A stretch of 61,279 nucleotides of DNA from Nemertoderma westbladi (taxonomy: Eukaryota; Animalia; Xenacoelomorpha). The notes under the pieces were generated by a model that saw only the letters and a program-made list of their open reading frames with translations, ran no database searches and was not told where the DNA came from. Positions 1 through 10,440 of the stretch are shown piece after piece. The translations under genes and the position numbers were made by a program. Position 1 is the first letter of the stretch. Each line of letters opens with the position of its first letter. The stretch is from contig JAUCBJ010000133.1 of the NCBI GenBank assembly GCA_032718475.1, positions 1 to 61,279 on the forward strand, given 5' to 3'.

Positions 1-925
1 TTCAGACCTTTGGCCCTCTAGCGGCAGACTGGAGAACTGCAGATGGATTCGCCTCCTTTGAAAGTCACAGCTAATGGTCTAATACATATCTGCCAAGTTT
101 CAGCTTAAACGGATTAAAAGCAAAGAAATGGGAGGGCATTTAATGTTTAGACATGTGGCCCTCTAGCGGGAGACCATTGCACTGATGGTGTCTGAAAGTC
201 TCTGAAAAATCTCAACTTTTGCTCATATTGATACCTACAAATTTTCAACTTGGCAGCTTTAAATCCGACAAAGTTATTAGCATGTCAAAATCGTAACGAC
301 GACAACGATTTCACTTTCAGACCTTTGGCCCTCTAGCGGCAGACTGGAGAACTGCAGATGGATTCGCCTCCTTTGAAAGTCACAGCTAATGGTCTAATAC
401 ATATCTGCCAAGTTTCAGCTTAAACGGATTAAAAGCAAAGAAATGGGAGGGCATTTAATGTTTAGACATGTGGCCCTCTAGCGGGAGACCATTGCACTGA
501 TGGTGTCTGAAAGTCTCTCAAAAATCTCAACTTTTGCTCATATTGATACCTACAAATTTTCAACTTGGCAGCTTTAAATCCGACAAAGTTATTAGCATGT
601 CAAAATCGTAACGACGACAACGATTTCACTTTCAGACCTTTGGCCCTCTAGCGGCAGACTGGAGAACTGCAGATGGATTCGCCTCCTTTGAAAGTCACAG
701 CTAATGGTCTAATACATATCTGCCAAGTTTCAGCTTAAACGGATTAAAAGCAAAGAAATGGGAGGGCATTTAATGTTTAGACATGTGGCCCTCTAGCGGG
801 AGACCATTGCACTGATGGTGTCTGAAAGTCTCTCAAAAATCTCAACTTTTGCTCATATTGATACCTACAAATTTTCAACTTGGCAGCTTTAAATCCGACA
901 AAGTTATTAGCATGTCAAAATCGTA
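1..925. repeat. 315-bp tandem repeat, about 2.9 near-identical copies (dimer of 145 + 170 bp subunits)
   Basis: TTCAGACCTTTGGCCCTCTAGCGG recurs at 1, 316 and 631. CCCTCTAGCGG occurs at 14, 159, 329, 474, 644 and 789. Confidence 0.95.
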
Positions 926-1065
926 ACGACGACGACGACGACGACGACGACAACGACGACGACGACAACGACGACGACGACGACGACAACTATTTGCATA
1001 AATTGACCCACCCCCTAACAGTGTCAATTCGCTAAGGCTCCGCCAACTTCGTGGCTCGCCCCACA
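1..1065 (-). mobile_element. Non-autonomous Helentron/HINE-like element, copy A (cut by window start)
   Basis: Reverse complement of the element at 22887-24157. 5' hairpin GTGGGGCGAGCCACGAAGTTGGCGGAGCC, then a (GTC)n microsatellite (about 925-990), then internal tandem repeats. This is the DINE-1/HINE layout. Confidence 0.7.
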
Positions 1066-1450
1066 ACCACAATACTTGAAAAATTCGAAGGTAAGTAAGT
1101 ATCTTGGTCTGCATATTATAGCCAGCATTTCAATATCTGGGGTAGATATAGCTTCAGAAACTGTAGGTCTATTGTGGCACCAGCCTCTTTTTATATAACT
1201 TAGCAACCCCCCACCTCCTTTTTCCACAAAATTTTCCAAATTACGATCCTGTCGTTCCATGTGGAACTCAGGCAGATGTATAGTATACTACCCTTAGACA
1301 CTTTATCTGTTAGCTTTGTCTCCTGAATTGTTATTACTGCAACATTGACATATGTTCTCACCCACTGACTAAGGACATTCATCTTCGATGATAGACCATT
1401 AACATTATTATTTATGACGTATGGAAATGACGAATGGGTGTTGGCTGTAA
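1066..1450 (-). pseudogene. Degenerate LINE apurinic-endonuclease (APE) fragment
   Basis: Frameshifted pieces NVNGLSSK...ITIQETKL...DR...KGGGGLLSYIK...DIEMLAIICRPRYL match APE motifs of CR1/Rex1-group ORF2. Interrupted by HINE copy A. Confidence 0.7.
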
Positions 1451-1515
1451 GCAAGTTAGAGACATCCCCTCTAAATCAAATTAAATCTATTATATTAAAT
1501 TTACATAACAGTTGT

Positions 1516-1825
1516 ACTACTACTACTATGTCGAGCGAACTCGGACAGTTGAAATGAGATCCTTCCACGCTTCCCGATTCTCCATAAATTTTCAAAACGG
1601 CTATTTTTCAGTGACCCCGTGATCGAAACGCCACAAAAAATATAGAGTCTTGTGCGCAACCAAAATTTATTGAGAGTTTGTTATTACAATTTTTGCGTAC
1701 CTGCTTGAGTTTTTGAGATATTGGATGGTTATACATATATAAACACACACACACACAACCACATCGTGTTTTTGAACGGCTCAACTCTTGACAAGAACTA
1801 CCCTGGCCTATTAATAGACAGGTTC
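1516..1825 (+). repeat. Interspersed repeat, possibly Helitron-like, with (CA)n
   Basis: Start CTACTACTA(T/G)GTCGAGCGAACTCGGACAGT...GCTTCCCGATTCTCCATA is shared with about 14410-14483. (CA)n near 1745 and a short terminal hairpin near 1802-1822. Confidence 0.4.
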
Positions 1826-1972
1826 GTTATTATTGCATTAAGATAAACCCTAAGTAAACGTCACTACATTTTAATATTTAATTAGGATTATATCCTTGTA
1901 GCGGTACACCTAACAGTTTTGTTCTCATATTATTTACTACGTATTGTTGATTGATGATAATAGTAAAATACC

Positions 1973-2983
1973 GGATGTAGGACAATTCGATCTGGACAAT
2001 TCGGTCCCGGACAATTCGGTCCCAAAACACTAAATAAATGGGACCGAATTGTCCGGGAGAGAATTGTCCTAGGACCGAATTGTCCTAGGACCGAATTGTC
2101 CTAGGACCGAATTGTTCTAGGACCGAATTGTCCTAGGACCGAATTGTCCGGTTCCTGATAGCAACTTGTTAGTGCTTTTTTGATATGGGTGAATGTTCTA
2201 GAACATTAGTAGAGATATTTTTTATGGTACAGCTAGTGTTATTTACTTGCTAGAATTTTTTGAAATTTTAAAAATACTGTATTTTTATTTTATTTTGTTA
2301 TTGGTAAGTGTTCGAGAACATTATTATATATTATTTATTAAGGTGTAGCTAGTGTTTTTTTTTTAATAGCTAACATTTCCTTGAAATTATAAAAACACTT
2401 GTGAAAACAGTGATATTTCAGAATTAGGCCTAAACTGTTGCTGATTATATTAATTACCAAAAATATTGATGATATTATAACAGTCCCGGATTAAGATCCA
2501 GCTATTATCTAAGATAATAATTTACGCTCGTTAACCAACCAACAACACATACAGTATACAGTACATACACAATATACAGTATAAAAAGAATCAGTTTTAA
2601 ACATTTTAAATACATACTATTACTAGCTATAGTAAATAATTGACAAGCTCCATAAAAACACCATAGCTACCATACCTAATAATGTTAACAAAAAAAAGTA
2701 AAATTTTTTTATTTTCAAAAAATACTAGCTATACTATAGTAAAAAAAAACATTAGAGAAGCTACCATATAATAATATATATTGAGGTTCTAGAACATTCA
2801 CCATTATATAGTACCAATTAAATTTGGTCCCGGACAATTCGGTCCCATTAATATGCCTGTTTTGGGACCGAATTGTCCTAGTCAGCAAAACACAAATTTA
2901 ATGGGACCGCATTGTCCGGGACCGAATTTTCCGGGACCGAATTGTTCGGACCGAATTTTCCGGGACCGAATTGTCCTGCTTCC
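1973..2983. mobile_element. MULE-type MITE/foldback with GGACCGAATTGTCC subrepeat arrays
   Basis: Arrays of about 15-bp GGACAATTCGGTCC/GGACCGAATTGTCC at 1980-2150 and 2825-2980, plus internal inverted GAATGTTCTAGAAC segments. Start GGATGTAGGACA resembles the MULE terminus at 21831. No TSD found. Confidence 0.55.
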
Positions 2984-3124
2984 TATAGCACTGACCAATT
3001 TCTCTATAATTAAGTTTTTTAATTTGTTGTAATTCATCTGTATCTTTGAGTCAGGTTTATTGGGACCCGAGATTTTGTGACTTTTCCTAAAATTTAATGG
3101 GCTATCCAATAGAACAAACGCCAT

Positions 3125-3178
3125 TTACATGGCTATGTTACTGTAGTTTTCGTGCTGTGGTCCCTTTCTGGTACCAAT
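3125..3178 (-). CDS. Candidate terminal exon of the CFAP97D1-like gene (IGTRKGPQHENYSNIAM*)
   Basis: Acceptor TTGAATTGCAG, phase 0, compatible with the exon ending at 11983, and open to TAA. No homology support. Confidence 0.25.
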   Translation of the reverse strand: MGTRKGPQHENYSNIAM

Positions 3179-3704
3179 CTGCAATTCAAATTCTACAAAA
3201 TGCTACAAATTCAAAAGTTTTTCTGCTAAACTAAAATTAATCACTAAAATCTTAAGATACAGATACATAGGAACTAAAATCAGGCTCACTAAAATTAATT
3301 TATTGGCTGCATATAGCGGTTTTTTGGATGTTTATCACGATTTTTAGAACTCAAATATAACATTCGAGAACATTTTTGTAATAATTATGAATGTGCCCCC
3401 TGGGGCACGAAATAAACAAGCAGTGCGAATATCATAATAAAAAAACAATAGTTGTTGTGCTGGTCCGATATTGACTTTCTTTAGTTATTTTATTTGTTTT
3501 AATGTAAGCTAAAACATACCCAATATTGCCATGTGCTGCAAAATATTTAGCCCACTGTAGTGTACATACAATTATTCATTTATTGTTTAATTCTTGTGTT
3601 GGTTTTTATTATCTTTGTTTTTGTATATTTTCGGTTTTTCCAGATAATTATGTAAAGTGAACAGCAGTGTCCAATTGTGTAATAATTTAAATTAATTAAT
3701 AATT

Positions 3705-4180
3705 ATTTTATTCCAAAATTGTAACATTACTCAACGCAGTTAGTATTAACAGCGAGTTGTTATTTAGCACTTTAGAGGACATTACAGCATTGTATTGGAC
3801 TGTACATTTAGTATTGTATTTGGTGTCATTGTTTACATGGTAACCATGACGGCGTTAAGTAATGTCCCCCTAGTGGACATTACTTAACGCCGTGATGGTT
3901 ACCACGTAAACAATAGGTGGAAATTTGCCTGACAGCCAGATAGGCATACTGCATTACCTACCGGTAGGCGGGGTATAGCTATTAATAACCAGTAGCTAAA
4001 TTATTAAAATGGCTCCAAACGCCACCATAAATATAAGCTAACTTATTTATAACATAATTTATGTAATTTTTACATTTATTTATACAGTTTATACAGCAAC
4101 TAATGTAATTTGTGCAGTTTCTATCACTTATAATGTATATGTACAATCATTTCGTAATGTTAAAATTTTGGAATAAAACT
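3705..4180. mobile_element. MITE-like element with central 40-bp-arm palindrome (3828-3914)
   Basis: Outer inverted repeat TTTTATTCCAAAATTGTAACATTAC / GTAATGTTAAAATTTTGGAATAAAA. Inner arms match 38/40 around the loop CCCTAGT. Confidence 0.6.
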
Positions 4181-5132
4181 ACATACATAGTTGTTGCAAA
4201 GTACTTTACAGTGTTCTGATTCTCGTGGCTTTATTTTCACTCACTCACTAACGTTCGTTCGTTTAACAAAGACACTCGGATCATCATACACTGTAAAGTG
4301 CTACTTTACACACAAATATGTAAATAGTTATTAAATCGCGTTGTTTTGAACCTTTAATATGTTATACTAAGTAATAGTAAATATTTATATTATAATTTAT
4401 TAATATTATAAACTCATGATCCATAAATACTGTATATTGCAATATTTAATACTGATATGTTAAATCTTTTTTATGTACAAAAGTAAAATATAATGTTCTT
4501 TTAATTACTGCGTAAACTGTGAATACTGTATTCGCTCCTTCTTGCCGTTGCCGTTGTTCCGGGTACTCTCCGTTCGCCATATAAACAAGCAAGTATACAG
4601 TGCTGGAGTGCTTGTACCGGTAACTGCTGCACTGTACTACAGTACTAAATGTAGCAGTACCTGCGTAACAAACTATTACGATCTATAACGGGCTATAATT
4701 TCCTATAAACAGGCTATAACCACCTATAACGAGCTATAATATGAAAATTTACATTAAAAAACGCCCCTTGGGTGTGTTTAACTTTTGGATTAACACGGTG
4801 GTCTGAAAAATACCGCAGGTTAAAAATTAGGGTAGGCCTATCTGCCTATGCCTAATTGATACTGGTAAGTTTTTATTATTGGCCTATATTGCTTACTATA
4901 TTCCTGAATTCTATATCGACCAGAAGCTGACAGCGGATAGCTATAATTAATTGTATAATAAGCACATCAGCCAATTAAGGCTATTAGTGACCGCACAATT
5001 AACTGCACAAGTAACTATAAGGAAATAATAAACACAAAAGAAATCTACTAATATAAAAAATAAATGTTTGGTTTGAAAAATAAACTGACGAAACATACTG
5101 TATAATTCCCACAAAAATAATTGATATGAATA

Positions 5133-7882
5133 TTATATGGAACGACATTGCATAATGTTCTCCCTAACGCGAAAAGCCTCGTTAAGGTAACGACCTAACT
5201 TTAGTAGTTTTTCCCTGGTAGTTGCCCCCATTAGCTCATGGTATTTCAATATAGTAGGATTCACATTGTAGCGCCCAGAGAAGTACTTCATGCGCAGATC
5301 TCGATAACCATCACACACCAACAAAAAATGATATTCATCCTCTATATCATTTTTATTACAAACCGGGCATATTCTCGATTCCCTGGGTATTTTATACCAC
5401 CGGCCGCTCTCGATCAGAAGTGCATGTGACGAACACCTGAACCTGGAAATCAACCTACTAAGACCTGCGTGACCTCTCAACATAGATAGGTTATTCTCCA
5501 AACTGAAATCCCTTTTGCTATAGAGCATACCCTTCGGCGACCGCTCGATGGCACCCCACCAACCCTGTACGAACTGTGCATATAATCGTTCACGAACATT
5601 TAGAATGAATTTCCTCTCATTTAATATGTCCCCGGGTCTTTCCCACGCCCAAGTAAATCCCAGATTATTTAGTAAATTACGCACCGAGATAGCCCAATTT
5701 CCACCATCCCCTGTTCTACCAGTATTTAGTTCGTTCAATTGCAAAATATAGGCCTGTTTAACTAATCTAGTGTCATTGCACCTTAGTAACTTTAACCAAT
5801 ACTTTATAATCCTACAGTATCTTTCAATTTCTAGCGGAAAAATGCCAGATTCACCGTAAACCATGAAGTTTGGGGTTGTTACCTTCACTCCAAGGCGGTT
5901 CTTTAGGAATTTTAATAAGACACGTTCTGTATCAACTGATGAACAAAAACCCCAAACTTCGCAACCATATGTCAAAATTGGCTTAACTAATGCATTAAAC
6001 AAATCACAAGCCGTAATGAAATCCGTGGTGGGAAAATTAGCCAAATACTTTGTTAACGAAAAATTAGCTTTTTCCCCTTTGTTAGCCAGATTTTTCTGAG
6101 CGCAGGCAAAGCTGCCCCCACAAGTAAATAATACTCCCAGATACATATATTCACCCACCACTTTAACATTATGACCCTTATATTTCCATTTTTCATGGGA
6201 GGCCACTTGTCCCCCTTTCCTAAATACAACAACGTTAGATTTGTCAAGGTTAACCGTAAGAGACCAATAATCACAATAACTACCCAATATATCAAATGCA
6301 TGTTGTAAATCATTAACTGAGTTTGCCATCAGCAGCAGCACAATGTCATCGGCATACAACAACATTAAAAGTTTAAATGTGCCAATTGAGATACCTTGAA
6401 TACCATTTGCAGCCAATTCAGATTCTAAATCATTTAAAAATAGATTAAATAACAATGGACTAAGGCATTCGCCCTGCCTCACGCCCAACCAACATATAAA
6501 CTCACCAGAAAGTTCCCCATCTACACGTACTCGTGAGTTAACTGCACTGTACATACTTTTTATTACATTAAAGACTTTTCCTGAAAAACCAAGCCTCGTT
6601 AATTTTACCCATAAAGCACTTCTATCTACACAATCAAACGCTTTTCTTAGGTCAATAAATGCACAATAAATCTTAACACGTTTACCTATAAAATTATCAA
6701 TAATTGTTTTCAAAATAAAAATCTGATCTACTGTAGAACGACCACCTCGAAACCCAGCTTGAGCTTCAATTATTATCGCAAACCCCTCAGCCCACCATTG
6801 GAGTCGTCCGTTTAATATAAGCGTAAATAATTTACCAAATGCACTTAACAAAGTTATACCTCTATAGTTGTTAGAGTCTAACCTTGTACAGTTTTCATTA
6901 AACCAAGGGGCATTATTACAGGCACGGTAAACACCATTATTATCAACTTTAAAATAAATATCGGCTACATTACTTAAAATATTGCAACAGAAATATTCAC
7001 TGCCACTAATGTTGAAAGCGGCTGATACGGTACAATGAGGCGATAAACTGTTGGGGTCGCCTATACTAAAATATTTGCAGGCCGTGATCATTGAAATATT
7101 ACCCAAAAAGTAATCTATTGTAGACTTACGAACCCCATGCCTCCCTCCGTCACTATAATATGTAAAGTTACCCACACCCTTATCCGCTCCCACACGACCA
7201 TTTAATATCTTTAAGTTGCTAGACCGACAGAGAGAAATCAATTTCTCACCATGTCTGTTAGTAATCGAATCCCTATTGGAACGGATCTTAGTATCATTTG
7301 GCCAATCATTATCATCAAAAACGTATTCATCGGGTAATAAATCATTAAAACCAGTAAACAAAGAATCATGACAGACATAATCTAATAGCACACCAGTTCT
7401 TGCATTTAAATCTCCAACTATTAAAAAATCAGTAGTATCAACATTCTGGTATAAAGAAACACCTTCTAGAATTTTATCAAACAAACAACCAGAATCATTA
7501 AAATAGCTAGGAGAATTATGAGGTGGAATATACGCAGCACAGATAATTAAATCCTTATGTATTCTTGAGTTCGGTTTACCTACAAATTTAAGCCATAATA
7601 AATCTTCACTTGTCACGTTATTCAGAATCACAACTTCATTACCGAGCGCTTCAGATATATAAACAGTTACACCCCCACTGTATCTTTTAGCATATCTATG
7701 TTTATATTTCCTACAAACACTAAAATCCTTATATCCCCCAATGCCAATATCACGAGGATTGTTTGGGGCCTGCCAAGTTTCCACACAAACGAAAATGTCA
7801 TGTTTTTTAATTGTTGACAGAAGTCAGGATCGGCAATCGCCGTATTTATACCTTCTATGTTTAGCAAGCCAACCTTCAGCAT
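5133..7882 (-). pseudogene. LINE ORF2 (APE + RT + C-terminal CCHC), RTEX-like; one frameshift and internal deletion
   Basis: APE motifs NIEG, ETW, GDLNAR, TIDY. RT motifs NYRGI, DLRKAFD, QGECLSP, LYADD. C-terminus SSHALLIESGRW..RICPVC..EDEYHFLLVC. Frameshift in the A-run near 7803-7808. APE-RT linker largely missing. Confidence 0.9.
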
Positions 7883-7929
7883 ATTTTTATCAGTCCCTGC
7901 TTTTGGCGGCTCAACTTTTAGTTCTGGGT

Positions 7930-10440
7930 TCAGCCTGTTTGAGTTTCCTGTTCGGGCTGGAAATCCCCCGCACTTTCCCGGATTCGCCAAGTCTGATCAT
8001 CTCCGCCTGTACCCCGCTGTATAATTATTACCGGGGTGTGCTGAGGATCCACAGAGTCAACCCCCACTCGGTCTGATACCAACTCAGCCATACCTTCCCG
8101 ATTTGGGGCTGACTGCAGCTCAGAACCAATAGGCGAGGCCTGAGCTGCATCTGGGCAACCCAATTGTGGCCCCTCCACCCGCCGTCGCTCTTCCTCTCCA
8201 TGCTTCCGTTCCTCCGCCCGCCGTCGCTCTTCCTCTCTACGCTTCCGTTCCTCCGCCCGCCGTCGCTCTTCCTCTTCACGCTTCCGTTCCTCCGCCCGCC
8301 GTCGCTCTTCCTCTCCACGCTTCCATTCCTCCGCCCGCCGTCGCTCTTCCTCTCCACGCTTCTGTTCTTCCGCCCACCGTCGCTCCTCCTCTCCACGCTT
8401 CCGTTCCTCTGCCCGCCGTCGCTCCTCCTCTCCACGCTTCCGTTCCTCTGCCCGCCGTCGCTCTTCCTCTCTACGCTTCAGTTCCTCCGCCCGCCGTCGC
8501 TCTTCCTCTCCTCGCTTCCGTTCCTCCGCCCGCCGTCGCTCTTCCTCTTCACGCTTCCGTTCCTCCGCCCGCCATCGTTCTTCCTCTCCACGCTTCCGTT
8601 CCTCCGCCCGCCGTCGCTCTTCCTCTCCACGCTTCCATTCCTCCGCCCGCCGTCGCTCTTCCTCTCCACGCTTCTGTTCTTCCGCCCACCGTCGCTCCTC
8701 CTCTCCACGCTTCCGTTCCTCTGCCCGCCGTCGCTCCTCCTCTCCACGCTTCCGTTCCTCTGCCCGCCGTCGCTCTTCCTCTCTACGCTTCAGTTCCTCC
8801 GCCCGCCGTCGCTCTTCCTCTCCTCGCTTCCGTTCCTCCGCCCGCCGTCGCTCCTCCTCTCCACGCTTCCGTTCCTCTGCCCGCCGTCGCTCTTCCTCTC
8901 TACGCTTCAGTTCCTCCGCCCGCCGTCGCTCTTCCTCTCCTCGCTTCCGTTCCTCCGCCCGCCGTCGCTCTTCCTCTTCACGCTTCCGTTCCTCCGCCCG
9001 CCATCGTTCTTCCTCTCCACGCTTCCTTTCCTCCACCCGCCATCGTTCTTCCTCTCCACGCTTCCGTCCCTCCGCCCGCCGTCGCTCCTCCTCTCCACGC
9101 TTCCGTTCCTCCGCCCGCCATCGCTCTTCCTCTCCACGCTTCCGTTCCTCCACCCGCCATCGTTCTTCCTCTCCACGCTTCCGTCCCTCCGCCCGCCGTC
9201 GCTCTTCCTCTCCACGCTTCCACTCTTCCTGCCGCCGTTCTGTCTCCCACGGATTTCTCTCATCCGCTCGTCTCCTATCATATTCCTCAACCTCATTGCT
9301 TCCCAGTTGTTCACCCCCACTGGTTGGCAGGTTTACCTGGTATCGAAATCTCGTATTAGGATGGATGTCCAGACCTCTCAAAACCGGCTCATGCGACCTG
9401 TATAGATTCCTATCGGGATGGGATGGCTCCCGTGCTCGTCCAGGGGAGTGCCTGTCGAGCAGTGTCCTGATATTAATATTAGGAGAATCGATTATGTCCC
9501 AACCACTAACTGAAAAATTAGTCAGTTTCAAAACGTTACCTGATACTCGTGCAATAAGCCCCATCTCTTTAGCTTCTCTGGATAAGCGGAAAAGAATTGC
9601 TCTCTGTGATCTCAGTTCAGGGGGGTAATCATCCACCATTCGATACTCTGAGCCAATTAGTTGCTCCTTGGCGTCCAATGCTGTATATTTGTCAGTCATA
9701 TTTGTAAATTCAATTTTTATAGGCCGGGTGGAACCGCGCTTGAACATACCTTGCCTCGAAACACGATCAACACCTAGTCGCTCCGTGATCCCGAGATCTT
9801 TTCTCAAAAAGTTATGAGCAACCTGCTTTAAATCCTCGTTACGTGATTCTTTAATGTTCATTACGATAAGGTTCCGGCGTCCCCACTGCCTCTCGTTATC
9901 CACTATGCGCCTTAGATGTACTCTGTGTGTAACGTCCACCTTTTTCTCCAGTGTCCGTAGATTCTCCCGCATAGTTGACAGACCATCCATGATCTTGGGA
10001 ATAAGAAGGATACTGTCCAGGTGCTCTTGTGCAAGAACCGGCCCTGGCTCCTTCTCCCGTCTGCTGTCCTGGTTTGAGCTGTCGACTACTTCCACCCAAC
10101 GTTCCCCAACCTCATCCCTCTTATCTGAGTCTGTTCCAATCAATCGCTCCTCCTGTGTATCGTAGACAGGAAGAAGATGTGTCTCGTCCTCACCCGAAAC
10201 CTCATCCCTGAGGCAGCTGAAGCGATTAGTGCATTCCAAACTGGATAGGCCTAGGACTTCCATAGAAGTATCTTCCGGTGGTTGGGCAATACCGGTAGTT
10301 GTTGCACGCCGTACCGATTCCGGAGAAAGAGATATCCGCCATGTACCGGTATCTATAGGAGGTTGTTGAGAAACCGTCCTCAATGCGTCACCAGCATTAA
10401 CCATATCAGGGCGTTCCGGGGTATATGGACGCGGGGCCAT
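7930..10440 (-). CDS. LINE ORF1 (L1-type coiled coil/RRM/CTD) with long ER/K-repeat tail
   Basis: RRNLIVMNIKE...VDRVSR.G...RPIKIEF...MVDDYPPELRSQRAIL is a typical L1-like ORF1 RRM-CTD. Lies directly upstream of ORF2. First ATG at 10440. Confidence 0.85.
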   Translation of the reverse strand: MAPRPYTPERPDMVNAGDALRTVSQQPPIDTGTWRISLSPESVRRATTTGIAQPPEDTSMEVLGLSSLECTNRFSCLRDEVSGEDETHLLPVYDTQEERLIGTDSDKRDEVGERWVEVVDSSNQDSRREKEPGPVLAQEHLDSILLIPKIMDGLSTMRENLRTLEKKVDVTHRVHLRRIVDNERQWGRRNLIVMNIKESRNEDLKQVAHNFLRKDLGITERLGVDRVSRQGMFKRGSTRPIKIEFTNMTDKYTALDAKEQLIGSEYRMVDDYPPELRSQRAILFRLSREAKEMGLIARVSGNVLKLTNFSVSGWDIIDSPNINIRTLLDRHSPGRAREPSHPDRNLYRSHEPVLRGLDIHPNTRFRYQVNLPTSGGEQLGSNEVEEYDRRRADERNPWETERRQEEWKRGEEERRRAEGRKRGEEERWRVEERKRGEEERWRAEERKRGEEERRRAEGRKRGEEERWRVEERKRGEEERWRAEERKREEEERRRAEERKRGEEERRRAEELKRREEERRRAEERKRGEEERRRAEERKRGEEERRRAEELKRREEERRRAEERKRGEEERRRAEERKRGEEERRWAEEQKRGEEERRRAEEWKRGEEERRRAEERKRGEEERWRAEERKREEEERRRAEERKRGEEERRRAEELKRREEERRRAEERKRGEEERRRAEERKRGEEERRWAEEQKRGEEERRRAEEWKRGEEERRRAEERKREEEERRRAEERKRREEERRRAEERKHGEEERRRVEGPQLGCPDAAQASPIGSELQSAPNREGMAELVSDRVGVDSVDPQHTPVIIIQRGTGGDDQTWRIRESAGDFQPEQETQTG
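8175..9230. repeat. 39-bp coding minisatellite, about 27 units (EEERRRAEERKRG)
   Basis: Unit CCGCCGTCGCTCTTCCTCTCCACGCTTCCGTTCCTCCGC. Variant pattern repeats with a 312-bp (8-unit) offset. Confidence 0.95.

Noticed and set aside
875-1114. Protamine-like poly-Arg/Cys ORF (also 22849-23079)
   Set aside because: It is the translation of the (GTC)n microsatellite in the HINE-like element, and the two copies have unrelated N-termini from flanking DNA.
1973-2983. CRISPR-like short direct repeats
   Set aside because: The repeats abut without unique spacers and occur in both orientations, the context is eukaryotic, and no cas genes are present. They fit TIR subrepeats.
8164-9405. Long plus-strand Pro/Leu-rich ORFs (413 and 397 aa)
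   Set aside because: They are antisense shadows of the purine-rich 39-bp minisatellite in LINE ORF1.
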